A stretch of 64,000 nucleotides of DNA from Acidobacteriota bacterium. GTDB lineage: Bacteria; Acidobacteriota; CAIWXX01. The notes beneath the pieces are model-generated. The model was not told where the DNA came from. It did no database searches and saw only the letters and a program-made list of their open reading frames with translations. The stretch lies in contig JBFMAF010000043.1 of the NCBI GenBank assembly GCA_040755995.1, positions 122,386 through 186,385 of the forward strand, read 5' to 3'. Below, in pieces: positions 37,265 through 46,454 of this stretch; position 1 is the first letter of the stretch; each line of letters begins with the position of its first letter. The translations under genes and the position numbers were made by a program.

Positions 37265-38323
37265 TCAGTCGAAGAGTCCGAGCTGGCCGGTCGGGCGCCG
37301 GAAAGACGACGCCGAGAGGTCAGGACCCGAATCAGCCAGCCCCACCTTGCGACAGGACATCGCGAAGAGCGACCGGATCTGCCTCGCCAGCTCGCCCTCG
37401 CCGGTGAACCTGCGTCCGATACGCTTTTCGTCCAGATCCTCGCCGCGGATCTCTCGAAGCCGATCCAGCACCTTCTTCTTGGCAGCGGGCCTGTGCCGTG
37501 CGAGCCAACGCTCGAAGATCGCTCTCACGCTCTGCGGGAGCCGGACGATTGCATACGCCGCGCTTGTGGCCCCAGCGGCGGCGGCAGCCGCGACAATCGC
37601 CGGTATTTCGTGATCCGCCAGTCCCGGGATCACCGGGCACACTGCGACGCCGCACGGAATGCCGGCGTGCGCGAGCGCGCTCAGGGCTTGGAGCCTCCGG
37701 GCCGGCACGGATGTGCGCGGCTCCAGCACGCCGGCGAGATCGGCGTCCAGAGTCGTGATCGAGAAATACACGCCCACGGCGTTGTGCCTCGCGAGCTCCG
37801 ACAGCACGTCCACGTCGCGCTCCACCAGATGGTTCTTGGTGATTATGGCCGCCGGGTTGCGGAATTCGGCCAGGACCTCCAGGCAGCGTCGAGTCACCCG
37901 AAGCTTGCGTTCGATTGGTTGATACGGGTCGGTGACCCCGCTCATCATGATCATCTGAGGCTGCCACTTCGGCGACGAGAGCTCGCGACGCAGGATCTCC
38001 GGCGCATCCTCCTTCACCATTATCTTCGTCTCGAAGTCCAGCCCGGCGGAGAACCCCAGGAACTCATGGTAAGCCCGCGCGAAGCAGTAGACGCAGCCGT
38101 GCTCGCAGCCTCGATACGGATTGATGCTGGCATGAAATCCGAGGTCGGGGCTTTCGTTGCGCGTGATCAGCGATCTCGACGCGTCCCTGTAGAATTCGGT
38201 CTTCGGAGCCGGCCGGTCGGGATCTTCCGGATCGAATACGAATTCGATCCTGTCGAACCGGTTGGCCGGGTTCTCGGCCGCGCCTCTGCCGCGCAGGAGC
38301 CCGGCGCTTGCGTGGCGAGTCAT
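37265..38323 (-). CDS. Radical SAM protein, PA0069/Rv2578c (SPL-like) family
   Basis: GRGAAENPANRF, INPYRGCEHGCVYCFAR, TDPYQPIE. Confidence 0.9.
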   Translation of the reverse strand: MTRHASAGLLRGRGAAENPANRFDRIEFVFDPEDPDRPAPKTEFYRDASRSLITRNESPDLGFHASINPYRGCEHGCVYCFARAYHEFLGFSAGLDFETKIMVKEDAPEILRRELSSPKWQPQMIMMSGVTDPYQPIERKLRVTRRCLEVLAEFRNPAAIITKNHLVERDVDVLSELARHNAVGVYFSITTLDADLAGVLEPRTSVPARRLQALSALAHAGIPCGVAVCPVIPGLADHEIPAIVAAAAAAGATSAAYAIVRLPQSVRAIFERWLARHRPAAKKKVLDRLREIRGEDLDEKRIGRRFTGEGELARQIRSLFAMSCRKVGLADSGPDLSASSFRRPTGQLGLFD

Positions 38324-38658
38324 GGAGCAATCCTCACGAAGAAAGCGTAACGGCAGTCGACGTGTCGAATCAAGTCGCAGAACACGGCCGCCCCGCGATT
38401 GGAATGGCCTGAGGGGACAGGTCGCGAATGAGTCACGTTCCTGGTGCGATCCGCCTTCGCCACACCCGGAGTGGCCACTCTCCATTCTCAACTCTCCACG
38501 CTCTACGCGAGGCGCGGCCGGAGGAGACGCATGCCCCATCGCTCCGAGGCCGCGCCTCGCTTGTAGGGCGTTTGCCTCCCCGTCGGCTTCGGTTATAAGA
38601 TGTGCGGTCTCGGATCTCCGGATCGAGCCGGGGATGGAATGCAAGGAGGCGCAGAAAC

Positions 38659-39615
38659 GTGAAAGCTCTCATCACTGGTATCACGGGATTTGCCGGTTCG
38701 CACCTGGCCGACTACATACTGGCGGAGCATCCTGCAGTGGAGGTCGTCGGGATATTGAGGTGGAGGAGCCGGCGGGAGAACGTGGTTCACATAGAGGACC
38801 GGATCAAGCTGATCGAGTGCGATCTGCGCGACCTCTCGTCGACGAAAGATGTCATCGACAAGGTGCGGCCCGACAAGATATTCCATCTCGCCGCGCAGAG
38901 TTTCGTACCGACGTCCTGGAATGCGCCGGCCGAGAGTCTGAGCACGAACATACTCGGCCAGCTCAACATCTTCGAAGCGTGCCGGGCGGTGGGAATCAAT
39001 CCGTGGATACAGCTCGCCTGCAGCAGCGAAGAATACGGAATGGTGTATCCGAACGAGGTGCCGATAAAGGAGACTAATCCGCTTCGACCGCTGAGCCCTT
39101 ACGCCGTGTCCAAGGTGGGTCAGGACTACCTCGGCTACCAGTACGCGATGTCCTACAAGATGAATATCGTCAGGACGCGCGGCTTCAACCACACGGGCCC
39201 CCGCCGCGGGGACGTGTTCGTCGATTCCAACTTCGCCTACCAACTCGTGAAGATCGAGAAGGGGCTGGCGGCGCCCGTCATGTACGTCGGCAACCTCGAT
39301 GCCATCCGCGACTTCACCGACGTGAGGGACATGGTGCGCGGGTACTGGCTTGCCACGGAGAAGTGCGAGCGGGGAGAGGTTTATAACATTTGCAGCGGCC
39401 GCGCCGTCCGCATCCGGGACATGCTCGACCTGCTGCTCGGCATTTGCAATGTGAAGGTGGATGTCAGGGTGGACCCATCGAGACTGCGGCCAAGCGATGT
39501 GCTGGTGCTCGAGGGAGACTACTCCAAGTTCAACAAGGCGACGGGGTGGAAGCCGGAGCGGAGCCTTGAACAGACCTTCCGAGATGTGGTCGACTACTGG
39601 CGCGAGCGGATCTGA
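38659..39615 (+). CDS. GDP-sugar SDR (GDP-mannose 4,6-dehydratase/Rmd-like)
   Basis: ITGITGFAGSHL, HLAAQSFV, SSEEYG, SPYAVSK, FNHTGPRR, RDFTDVRD; GTG after AAGGAGG. Confidence 0.9.
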   Translation: MKALITGITGFAGSHLADYILAEHPAVEVVGILRWRSRRENVVHIEDRIKLIECDLRDLSSTKDVIDKVRPDKIFHLAAQSFVPTSWNAPAESLSTNILGQLNIFEACRAVGINPWIQLACSSEEYGMVYPNEVPIKETNPLRPLSPYAVSKVGQDYLGYQYAMSYKMNIVRTRGFNHTGPRRGDVFVDSNFAYQLVKIEKGLAAPVMYVGNLDAIRDFTDVRDMVRGYWLATEKCERGEVYNICSGRAVRIRDMLDLLLGICNVKVDVRVDPSRLRPSDVLVLEGDYSKFNKATGWKPERSLEQTFRDVVDYWRERI

Positions 39616-39675
39616 CGCCAGCCCCGATGTGGAACGCTCCTGCTTTGGATAGGCTCGGGGTGACGGAAGCCGAAG

Positions 39676-39768
39676 CGGGGAAACGGAGAAACGGGGAATC
39701 GGAGATAGCGAACGTGAAGGACCCGCAGCCGACAACTGACAACTGCCAACCGAGAACCGTCAACTACC
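39676..39768. repeat. Octamer (CGGRGAWW) array followed by a heptamer (GACAACT-type) array
   Basis: CGGGGAAA CGGAGAAA CGGGGAAT CGGAGATA ... CCGACAA CTGACAA CTGCCAA CCGAGAA CCGTCAA CT. Confidence 0.7.
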
Positions 39769-39769
39769 G

Positions 39770-40732
39770 ATGCGCTGCCTGATCACCGGGGTCGAGGGAT
39801 TCGCGGGCTATCATCTCGGCCACCAGCTGCTATCGCGGGGTGACGAGGTCACCGGCTTTCACTTCCCGTTGACGCCGCCTCCCGCCGGCTATCTGCCGGG
39901 TCTCGTGACCCGGTCCGTCGACGTGAACGACGCGCTTCAGACCCGAAATGCGATGTGGGAAGCGGCACCCGATATCATCTTCCATCTGGCCGCAGTCGCG
40001 AATGTGAAGGTATCGTGGGAGAACAAGCGGCAGGCGCTCGAGACGAACTTCCTCGGCGCCTTCAGCGTGCTCGAGGCTGCCGCGACGATGCCCGGCCGCC
40101 GGCCGCGCGTCCTGCTGGTGGGGTCCTCCGAAGAGTACGGTCCGGTGCCGCCCGATCGGCAGCCGATCGGGGAGACGTGTGAGCTTGATCCGCGGAATCC
40201 TTACGGGGTGAGCAAGGTGGCGCAGGAACACCTCGGGCGCTACTACTTCCACAGCACGAGCCTGCCCGTTCACCTGGTGCGATCGTTCAACCATATCGGC
40301 CCGCGCCAGGCGCCCACGTTCGTGGCCAGCTCGTTCGCGTATCAAATCGCGCAGATCGAAGCCGGGCGGCTGGAGAACACGATGTCGGTCGGGAACCTCG
40401 AGACTCGGCGTGATTTCACGGACGTGCGCGACACCGTCAGGGCATACGTATCGGTGGTGGAGCGGGGAGCGCCCGGCGAAGTGTACAACGTCTGCTCTGG
40501 CCGGCCGGTGCTGATCGCCGAAATACTGGATCGACTCGTCTCCCTGGCGCACTGCGAGGTTCGGGTGAAGATCGATCCTGAACGCTACCGGCCCGTCGAC
40601 ATGCCCGTGTTCTGCGGCGACGCCACGAAGATCCGGCAGCAGTGCGGGTGGGCGCCCCAGATCGACATCGCCCGGACTCTGGCCGATCTGCTCGACTACT
40701 GGCGAGCCCAGCTCGGCGTGAAGACGTCCTGA
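39770..40732 (+). CDS. Second GDP-sugar SDR (Rmd-like reductase/dehydratase)
   Basis: ITGVEGFAG, GSSEEYG, NPYGVSK, FNHIGPRQ, RDFTDVRD. Confidence 0.88.
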   Translation: MRCLITGVEGFAGYHLGHQLLSRGDEVTGFHFPLTPPPAGYLPGLVTRSVDVNDALQTRNAMWEAAPDIIFHLAAVANVKVSWENKRQALETNFLGAFSVLEAAATMPGRRPRVLLVGSSEEYGPVPPDRQPIGETCELDPRNPYGVSKVAQEHLGRYYFHSTSLPVHLVRSFNHIGPRQAPTFVASSFAYQIAQIEAGRLENTMSVGNLETRRDFTDVRDTVRAYVSVVERGAPGEVYNVCSGRPVLIAEILDRLVSLAHCEVRVKIDPERYRPVDMPVFCGDATKIRQQCGWAPQIDIARTLADLLDYWRAQLGVKTS

Positions 40733-40981
40733 GGCAGCGCGGGCCCCTTCGGCTTCGCGACGCCGGCTGCAGCTGGGTCCGCGCCATCGTTCGGCAAAGG
40801 GCCGTCCGGAGGTCCGCCAGGACGGCCCTGTGACCGGGACGACGTTCGGAATGCGTGAGGGGCGGGGGGGGGGCGGGGGGCCCCCCCCCCAACCCCGCGA
40901 TAACCCCCCCGAAATCGCAAAAGAGTAGGGCGTCAGCCGTGCGGGGGGGGGCCGCCCCGGAGGCCCGCCCCTACAACGCGA

Positions 40982-42229
40982 CTAGAACCTCGCTACAGAC
41001 GAAATGATGAAGGACTTCAGCGTTTTGGAGACGTCGACGGCGACATCGAGCTGGTAGTGTTCGGAGAAGACCACGCCGCCCCCGAACGTGCCGTGTGTGA
41101 CGTCGTCGCCGCCGCGGAACAGCAGCAGGTCTGCGACGTTAGGACCGTTGTAGGTCATGGAGTGGTCGGGATCGGTGTAGAGTCCGCCGCGGACGGCGAT
41201 GACGCTGTCTCCGTACGGGATCACGTACTCGGCGCCTACGTGTATTTCGGTCGCGTCGTCGATCGTGAAATCCTCGGGCCTCGATGAACCGACGGTCACT
41301 TTGAAGTCCTGCAGGAGATCGGAGTACATGACCCGCTGCACGTCGAGGTTCATGAGCAGTCTGTCGTTGGGCGCGATCGACACGCCGACGCCGAAGGTGT
41401 CCGGCACCTTGAACTTCACGTCGTACGTAAACTCACGCACGCCGGCCACGGGGTGGTCGCTCACGTACGTTTCATCCACGTTGAAGCCCGGGTTGCGCTT
41501 GTAGACCGCGCCCACCGATACCCACTCGATCGGCTTCACCAGGGCTCCCACGTTGAACCCCGCTCCCCATTCCTTCTGGTCGATCCGGGACGTCTGCAGC
41601 CACCCCGATGACGCGAACCAGCTCGTCGCGAATCGCCGGAAGCTCGACTGGAAGTTCAGCCGAGAGAGCTTGAGGCTGCCGCCGACCTTCACCTGATCCA
41701 TCACCTTGAACCCGACCGCGCCGATGTAGTTGGACACGGTTATGTCGGCCTCGGATTCGACAGGGAACAGACGAGACCCGCCAGATCCGGGCACGATGGA
41801 TCCGTTGGTGCTGTAGTGCTGTTCGATGTTCACCTGCTCGTGACGGGAGAAGGAGAGTGCCCAGTTCTCGGCAGGATACACGATGCTGAGGAAGCTGATG
41901 CTGTCGTACTGGTCGTAGAAGTCCCGGTCGATCGGCGACCCCAGCGAGGTGTAGTTGTTCGAATCGTAGACCACGGTGTTCTTGACGCTCAGGAACTTGA
42001 CCTCGGCAGAAATCTCCGGCTTCAGCAAGGTCGTGAGTCCGGCCGGATTCGCCTCGGCGGCCGTCGCATCGTCGGCTCGACCGATGAACGCACCTCCCAT
42101 GGCAACGGCGCGCGCCCCAGGCGAGTTGAAGTTGAATGTTAGATTGGCAAAGAACTCCTCGTTGGTAAGGGCCTGAAGCCCAGTGGCGGCGGCAAACAGC
42201 GATACCAGAACTAGCCCGAGTCTCCGCAT
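40982..42229 (-). CDS. FadL/OmpP1/TodX family outer-membrane transporter
   Basis: Signal peptide; PGARAVAMGGAF..DDATAAEANPAGL hatch motif; C-terminal F; SD AAAGGAG. Confidence 0.88.
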   Translation of the reverse strand: MRRLGLVLVSLFAAATGLQALTNEEFFANLTFNFNSPGARAVAMGGAFIGRADDATAAEANPAGLTTLLKPEISAEVKFLSVKNTVVYDSNNYTSLGSPIDRDFYDQYDSISFLSIVYPAENWALSFSRHEQVNIEQHYSTNGSIVPGSGGSRLFPVESEADITVSNYIGAVGFKVMDQVKVGGSLKLSRLNFQSSFRRFATSWFASSGWLQTSRIDQKEWGAGFNVGALVKPIEWVSVGAVYKRNPGFNVDETYVSDHPVAGVREFTYDVKFKVPDTFGVGVSIAPNDRLLMNLDVQRVMYSDLLQDFKVTVGSSRPEDFTIDDATEIHVGAEYVIPYGDSVIAVRGGLYTDPDHSMTYNGPNVADLLLFRGGDDVTHGTFGGGVVFSEHYQLDVAVDVSKTLKSFIISSVARF

Positions 42230-42292
42230 TGCACACACTCCTTTCAATCTATAGAATCCACAGCGCCTAATTCTAGTCCACGGAGATCCAAA

Positions 42293-42330
42293 CGCAAGTA
42301 GGGGCACGGCGCGCCGTGCCCCTACTTGCG
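42293..42330. repeat. Perfect 38-bp palindrome, GTAG-type REP
   Basis: CGCAAGTAGGGGCACGGCG|CGCCGTGCCCCTACTTGCG. Confidence 0.8.
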
Positions 42331-42967
42331 ATTGACCATCCGCTCTGCGCTGGACATTCTTCGCATATCACCTGCAGGGCTCGGCAAGCGGGGGGTAGGC
42401 ATGGCCCTTTCCAGGAACAATACGTCGATTGCGGTCCGACCGGCCCGGTCGGCCGTTCACCTGCTCATGCTCCTTTTGGTCTCGCCGCCGAATGCCCTGT
42501 CCGAGAGGCTGCCTCGCCTTGCAGACCAAGGCGGAGGCGGATCTGGTGGAAGCGGAATGGCTGATGAGCCGCGCGCGGAACCCGGGTCAGATGATCGAGG
42601 AATCGAAGAAGACTCTCGAGGAGGCCCTTCGCTCCAACCCGACTGACATCCGCAACCGTGAGCCGGGCCAGCGCCACAAGCCTCCAGGTAACAATTCCCA
42701 GCCGGCTCAGAAAGGGCACGACAGTTGACGTCTATGTAGTCGTCAGCGGTGTGCAGAGCAACAAGGTCGGCTTCACAGTCAAGTAGCGCCGCTGTCCAGA
42801 GCCTCGCTGCGGTCCCAGCATGATCGCGCGCGAGGCCACTCTCTATCTCGCCTCCGGTCCTGCGGTCTCCTTCGTTGAGGCGCACGCGGCATCCCGTCTC
42901 CATCGCACGCATTGCGGCGGCGGCGCGCACCAGGTGAGAATCGCGAAATCGAATTCGCGCGGGTATG

Positions 42968-42997
42968 TTGACACTCAAACGATGGAGCCACTACAAT
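42968..42997 (+). promoter_or_regulatory. Putative sigma70 promoter of ilvE
   Basis: TTGACA-18 nt-TACAAT. Confidence 0.65.
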
Positions 42998-43047
42998 CTG
43001 CTGGGGATGTCCTTGAGCCCCGACAATACTCATGCCAAGGAGATAAG

Positions 43048-44022
43048 ATGTCTTCAGAACCCGCGATTGCCACCCGTGCCTGGGACCAGCCGGCCGCGAA
43101 ATCATTCCTGACCAATTCCTTGATCTGGATGAACGGTGAGCTCGTGCCGTGGAAGGAGGCCACCGTTCACGTCTGCACACACGCACTCCATTACGCCACG
43201 TCTCTCTTTGAGGGCATACGCTGTTATTCAACACCCAGGGGCCCCGCCGTGTTCCGGCTCGACGCCCATCTCGAGCGGCTCTTCAACTCCTGCAAGATCT
43301 ACCGCATGGACCCGCCCTTCACGCGCGAAGAATTGACAGCCGCCACTCTCAAGTTGATCAAGGCCAACAAGCTGCAGAGCTGCTACATCCGGCCGATCAT
43401 CTATCGCGGCTACTACTCCTTGGGCGTGGACCCGTTCCCATGCCCGATCGACGTTGCAATAATACTCATGGACTGGGGAACGTACCTGGGCGAAGAGGCG
43501 CTGCAGCGAGGCGTCGACGTCTGCGTGTCCACCTGGACCCGCATGGCGCCCAACACGTTCCCGGCGCTCGCCAAGTCCGGCGCAAACTACATGAACTCGG
43601 CCCTGATCAAGATGGAAGCGATCAAGTGCGGTTACACGGAAGGGATCGCGCTGAATACCGCGGGGTATGTGAGCGAGGGCAGCGGTGAGAACATCTTCAC
43701 GGTGAAGGGCGACACGCTCATCACCCCCGCACTCGACGCTTCGATTCTGCCCGGCATCACTCGCGACTCCGTGATGCATCTTGCCCGACAACTCGGATAC
43801 GCCGTCGAGGAGAAGAACGTGCCTCGCGAGTGGCTGTATCTGGCCGACGAGGTGTTTCTCACGGGAACCGCCGCGGAGATCACGCCCATCCGATCCATCG
43901 ACAAGATCCAGATCGGGTCTGGGAAGGCAGGGCCGGTAGCTCTACGACTGCAGAAGGAATTCTTCTCGATCATCAACGGGGAGAAGGAAGACAGCCAGAA
44001 CTGGCTCACGTACGTCAGGTAG
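43048..44022 (+). CDS. ilvE: Branched-chain amino acid aminotransferase
   Basis: HALHYATSLFEGIR, AKSGANY, EGSGENIF, ILPGITR, DEVFLTGTAAE; ATG after AAGGAG. Confidence 0.95.
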   Translation: MSSEPAIATRAWDQPAAKSFLTNSLIWMNGELVPWKEATVHVCTHALHYATSLFEGIRCYSTPRGPAVFRLDAHLERLFNSCKIYRMDPPFTREELTAATLKLIKANKLQSCYIRPIIYRGYYSLGVDPFPCPIDVAIILMDWGTYLGEEALQRGVDVCVSTWTRMAPNTFPALAKSGANYMNSALIKMEAIKCGYTEGIALNTAGYVSEGSGENIFTVKGDTLITPALDASILPGITRDSVMHLARQLGYAVEEKNVPREWLYLADEVFLTGTAAEITPIRSIDKIQIGSGKAGPVALRLQKEFFSIINGEKEDSQNWLTYVR

Positions 44023-44151
44023 GAGCCGCAGGAATCTGAAAACGCGATGGGTAGCCGCACGAAACGGCAAAGGGCCGCCGGACGCACCGGCGCGGACACG
44101 CGCGCCAGCGCCCTGCCTCACGCGTAACTACACCACCCAAGGGGGGACAGT

Positions 44152-45324
44152 ATGCATATCAACGATCTGCTGAAAATGGCCATCGAGCGCAAGGCCTCCG
44201 ATCTCCACCTGAAGGTCGGTTCGCACCCGATCATCCGGGTGCACGGCGAGCTGATCCCGATGGTCGAGATCAAGCGCCTGATGCAGGAAGACACTATCGC
44301 CATGGCGTTCTCAATCATGAGCAACCGCCAGAAACAGAAGTTCAAGGACAATCTCGAGATCGATATCGCATACTCCGTCCCGGGCCTCGGGCGATTCCGC
44401 TGCAACGTCTTCCAGCAGAGAGGCACGGTCGGCCTGGTTCTCCGCGTGATTCCGACGAAGATACTGGGCGTGCGCGAGCTGCTGCTGCCGCTGGTCCTGG
44501 AACGGATCTGCATGGAGAGCCGCGGTATGATCCTGTGCACCGGCACCACCGGTTCCGGCAAGTCGACGACCTTGGCTGCAATGATCGACTACGTGAACAC
44601 CAACCGCGTCGAGCACATCATCACGATCGAAGACCCGATCGAGTTCCTGCACCGCGACAAGAAGAGCCTGATCAACCAGCGTGAGGTCGAAGTCGATACC
44701 AAGTCATTCGCAACCGCCCTTCGCAGCGCCCTCCGTGAGGACCCAGACGTCATCCTCGTCGGCGAAATGCGCGACTATGAGACAATCGAAACATCCATCA
44801 CCGCGGCCGAAACCGGCCACCTCGTGCTCTCCACCCTCCACACCCTCGACGCCGTCGAGACGATCAACCGTATCATCGCCGTCTTCCCGCCGCATCAACA
44901 GAAGCAGATACGGTTGCAGCTCGCCGCAGTACTTAAGGCCGTCATCTCCATGCGACTGATGCCGCGCGCCGACGGTCTGGGCCGCGTGCCGGCCGTCGAG
45001 GTCATGATCTCGACCGCCTACATCCGAGACTGCGTCATAAACAAAGAGAAGACCCGGCTCATTCACGACGCCATCGCCGCGGGCGTGTCGCAGTACGGGA
45101 TGCAGACATTCGATCAATCGATCTTCACTCTCTACAAGGGCAATCTGGTGACCTACGAGGAAGCTCTGAAGTGGGCGACCAACGCCGACGAGTTCAAGCT
45201 GAGAGTGCAGGGCATCCAGTCCACGTCAGACATGTCGAGGGAGGAGATGGAGAAGTCGATTACGCACCAGACCGAGGAGCCGACGACGGACATGGAACCT
45301 TCCCCATTCGAGTTCAATACGTAG
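44152..45324 (+). CDS. pilT: Type IV pilus retraction ATPase, PilT/PilU family paralogue
   Basis: ASDLHL, GTTGSGKST, TIEDPIE, LREDPDVILVGEMRD, ETGHLVLSTLHT, GMQTFDQ. Confidence 0.88.
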   Translation: MHINDLLKMAIERKASDLHLKVGSHPIIRVHGELIPMVEIKRLMQEDTIAMAFSIMSNRQKQKFKDNLEIDIAYSVPGLGRFRCNVFQQRGTVGLVLRVIPTKILGVRELLLPLVLERICMESRGMILCTGTTGSGKSTTLAAMIDYVNTNRVEHIITIEDPIEFLHRDKKSLINQREVEVDTKSFATALRSALREDPDVILVGEMRDYETIETSITAAETGHLVLSTLHTLDAVETINRIIAVFPPHQQKQIRLQLAAVLKAVISMRLMPRADGLGRVPAVEVMISTAYIRDCVINKEKTRLIHDAIAAGVSQYGMQTFDQSIFTLYKGNLVTYEEALKWATNADEFKLRVQGIQSTSDMSREEMEKSITHQTEEPTTDMEPSPFEFNT

Positions 45325-45730
45325 CGAGGCGAGCCCGTTCCAGAGACGAAACTCCCAGACCCCCGTGAACGTGGACGTACACGTCGTCTTGAACATGAAC
45401 GTCAACGGGGCACGGGCTTCCCGACCGTTCACGTCCGCGGCCACGATCGGCCATCGACCTGGTACTACACCGCTTCGCCGTACCCAGGCCGAATACCCGT
45501 ACAGGCGCAGAATGGCAGAGGGGGAGGGGAGAAGGGGGAGAGGGAGAGGGAGCAGTTGACACTGGGCTGCCGCGAGTTGTGGTATACTCTGTCGAGAACG
45601 ACCCGGGCGTTGCCCGTGTGTTCTGAAGTACAGCAGGGGTAGTACTGGCGGCTGCGCGCCTTGTCTGTGTGCGGGTGGCGGGCGACAGTGGAGCCAGCGG
45701 CTTGTCTGAGAATGACGTGAGGATGGGTCC

Positions 45731-46444
45731 ATGAGACCGTTGGTCGCGATCGAGGCGTTGCTCGTGATCTGTCTGGTCCAGCCTGCGGCAGTGCGCGCTG
45801 AGGTCTACACCTATCTGGACGCGAAGGGTGTGTACACCATAACGAACATCCCGCCCGGCGAGGATGTCGCGCTCATCAAGACAGTCGACGATGACGGCAA
45901 GGAAACGGTGTATGGACCGTTGCAGATCGTGCCTGTGACGCCGCCTGAGCTCTACGAAGACGACATTGTCTCGATCGCCCGGGCGCACGGCATTGACCCC
46001 GAGCTTGTGAAGGCGGTGATATGGGTGGAGTCCGCATACAATCCGCGTGCGGTCTCGAACAAGGGCGCGCGCGGGCTCATGCAGCTCATCCCTGCCACGG
46101 CCCAACGGTTCGGGGTGAGCAACATCTTCGATCCGACCGAGAACATCACAGGAGGTGTCAAGTACCTGCGGTTCCTGTTGGATATTTTCAATGAGAACAC
46201 GAAGCTGAGCCTGGCGGCCTACAACGCTGGCGAGGAAGCGGTGCAGCGCCACAACGGAATCCCCCCGTACCGCGAAACGCGCCGGTATGTCGAGCTGATT
46301 GCCAAGATCTATGGCAGGGACCTGCAGAGTGCCGTGAACCGGCAGATCTACAGGGTGACCGACGCCGACGGGCACTCGACCTACACCAACCTGCCGCCGG
46401 ACAAACCGGAGCCGGGACAGAAGGTCGAGAAGGTAGTGCGATAG
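45731..46444 (+). CDS. Lytic transglycosylase (SLT) flanked by two DUF4124-like modules
   Basis: VES.YNPRAVS.KGARGLMQL, AAYNAG; VYTYLDAKGVYTITNIPP and IYRVTDADGHSTYTNLPP. Confidence 0.9.
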   Translation: MRPLVAIEALLVICLVQPAAVRAEVYTYLDAKGVYTITNIPPGEDVALIKTVDDDGKETVYGPLQIVPVTPPELYEDDIVSIARAHGIDPELVKAVIWVESAYNPRAVSNKGARGLMQLIPATAQRFGVSNIFDPTENITGGVKYLRFLLDIFNENTKLSLAAYNAGEEAVQRHNGIPPYRETRRYVELIAKIYGRDLQSAVNRQIYRVTDADGHSTYTNLPPDKPEPGQKVEKVVR

Positions 46445-46454
46445 ACGAAAGACG

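Noticed and set aside
44050..44120. c-di-GMP-I riboswitch upstream of pilT (GGCAAA..GACGCA)
   Set aside because: The intervening GNRA-capped stem and the GCAAAG context are missing
45556..45588. TTGACA..TATACT as a -35/-10 pair
   Set aside because: The spacer is 21 nt; only the extended -10 (TGGTATACT) is plausible
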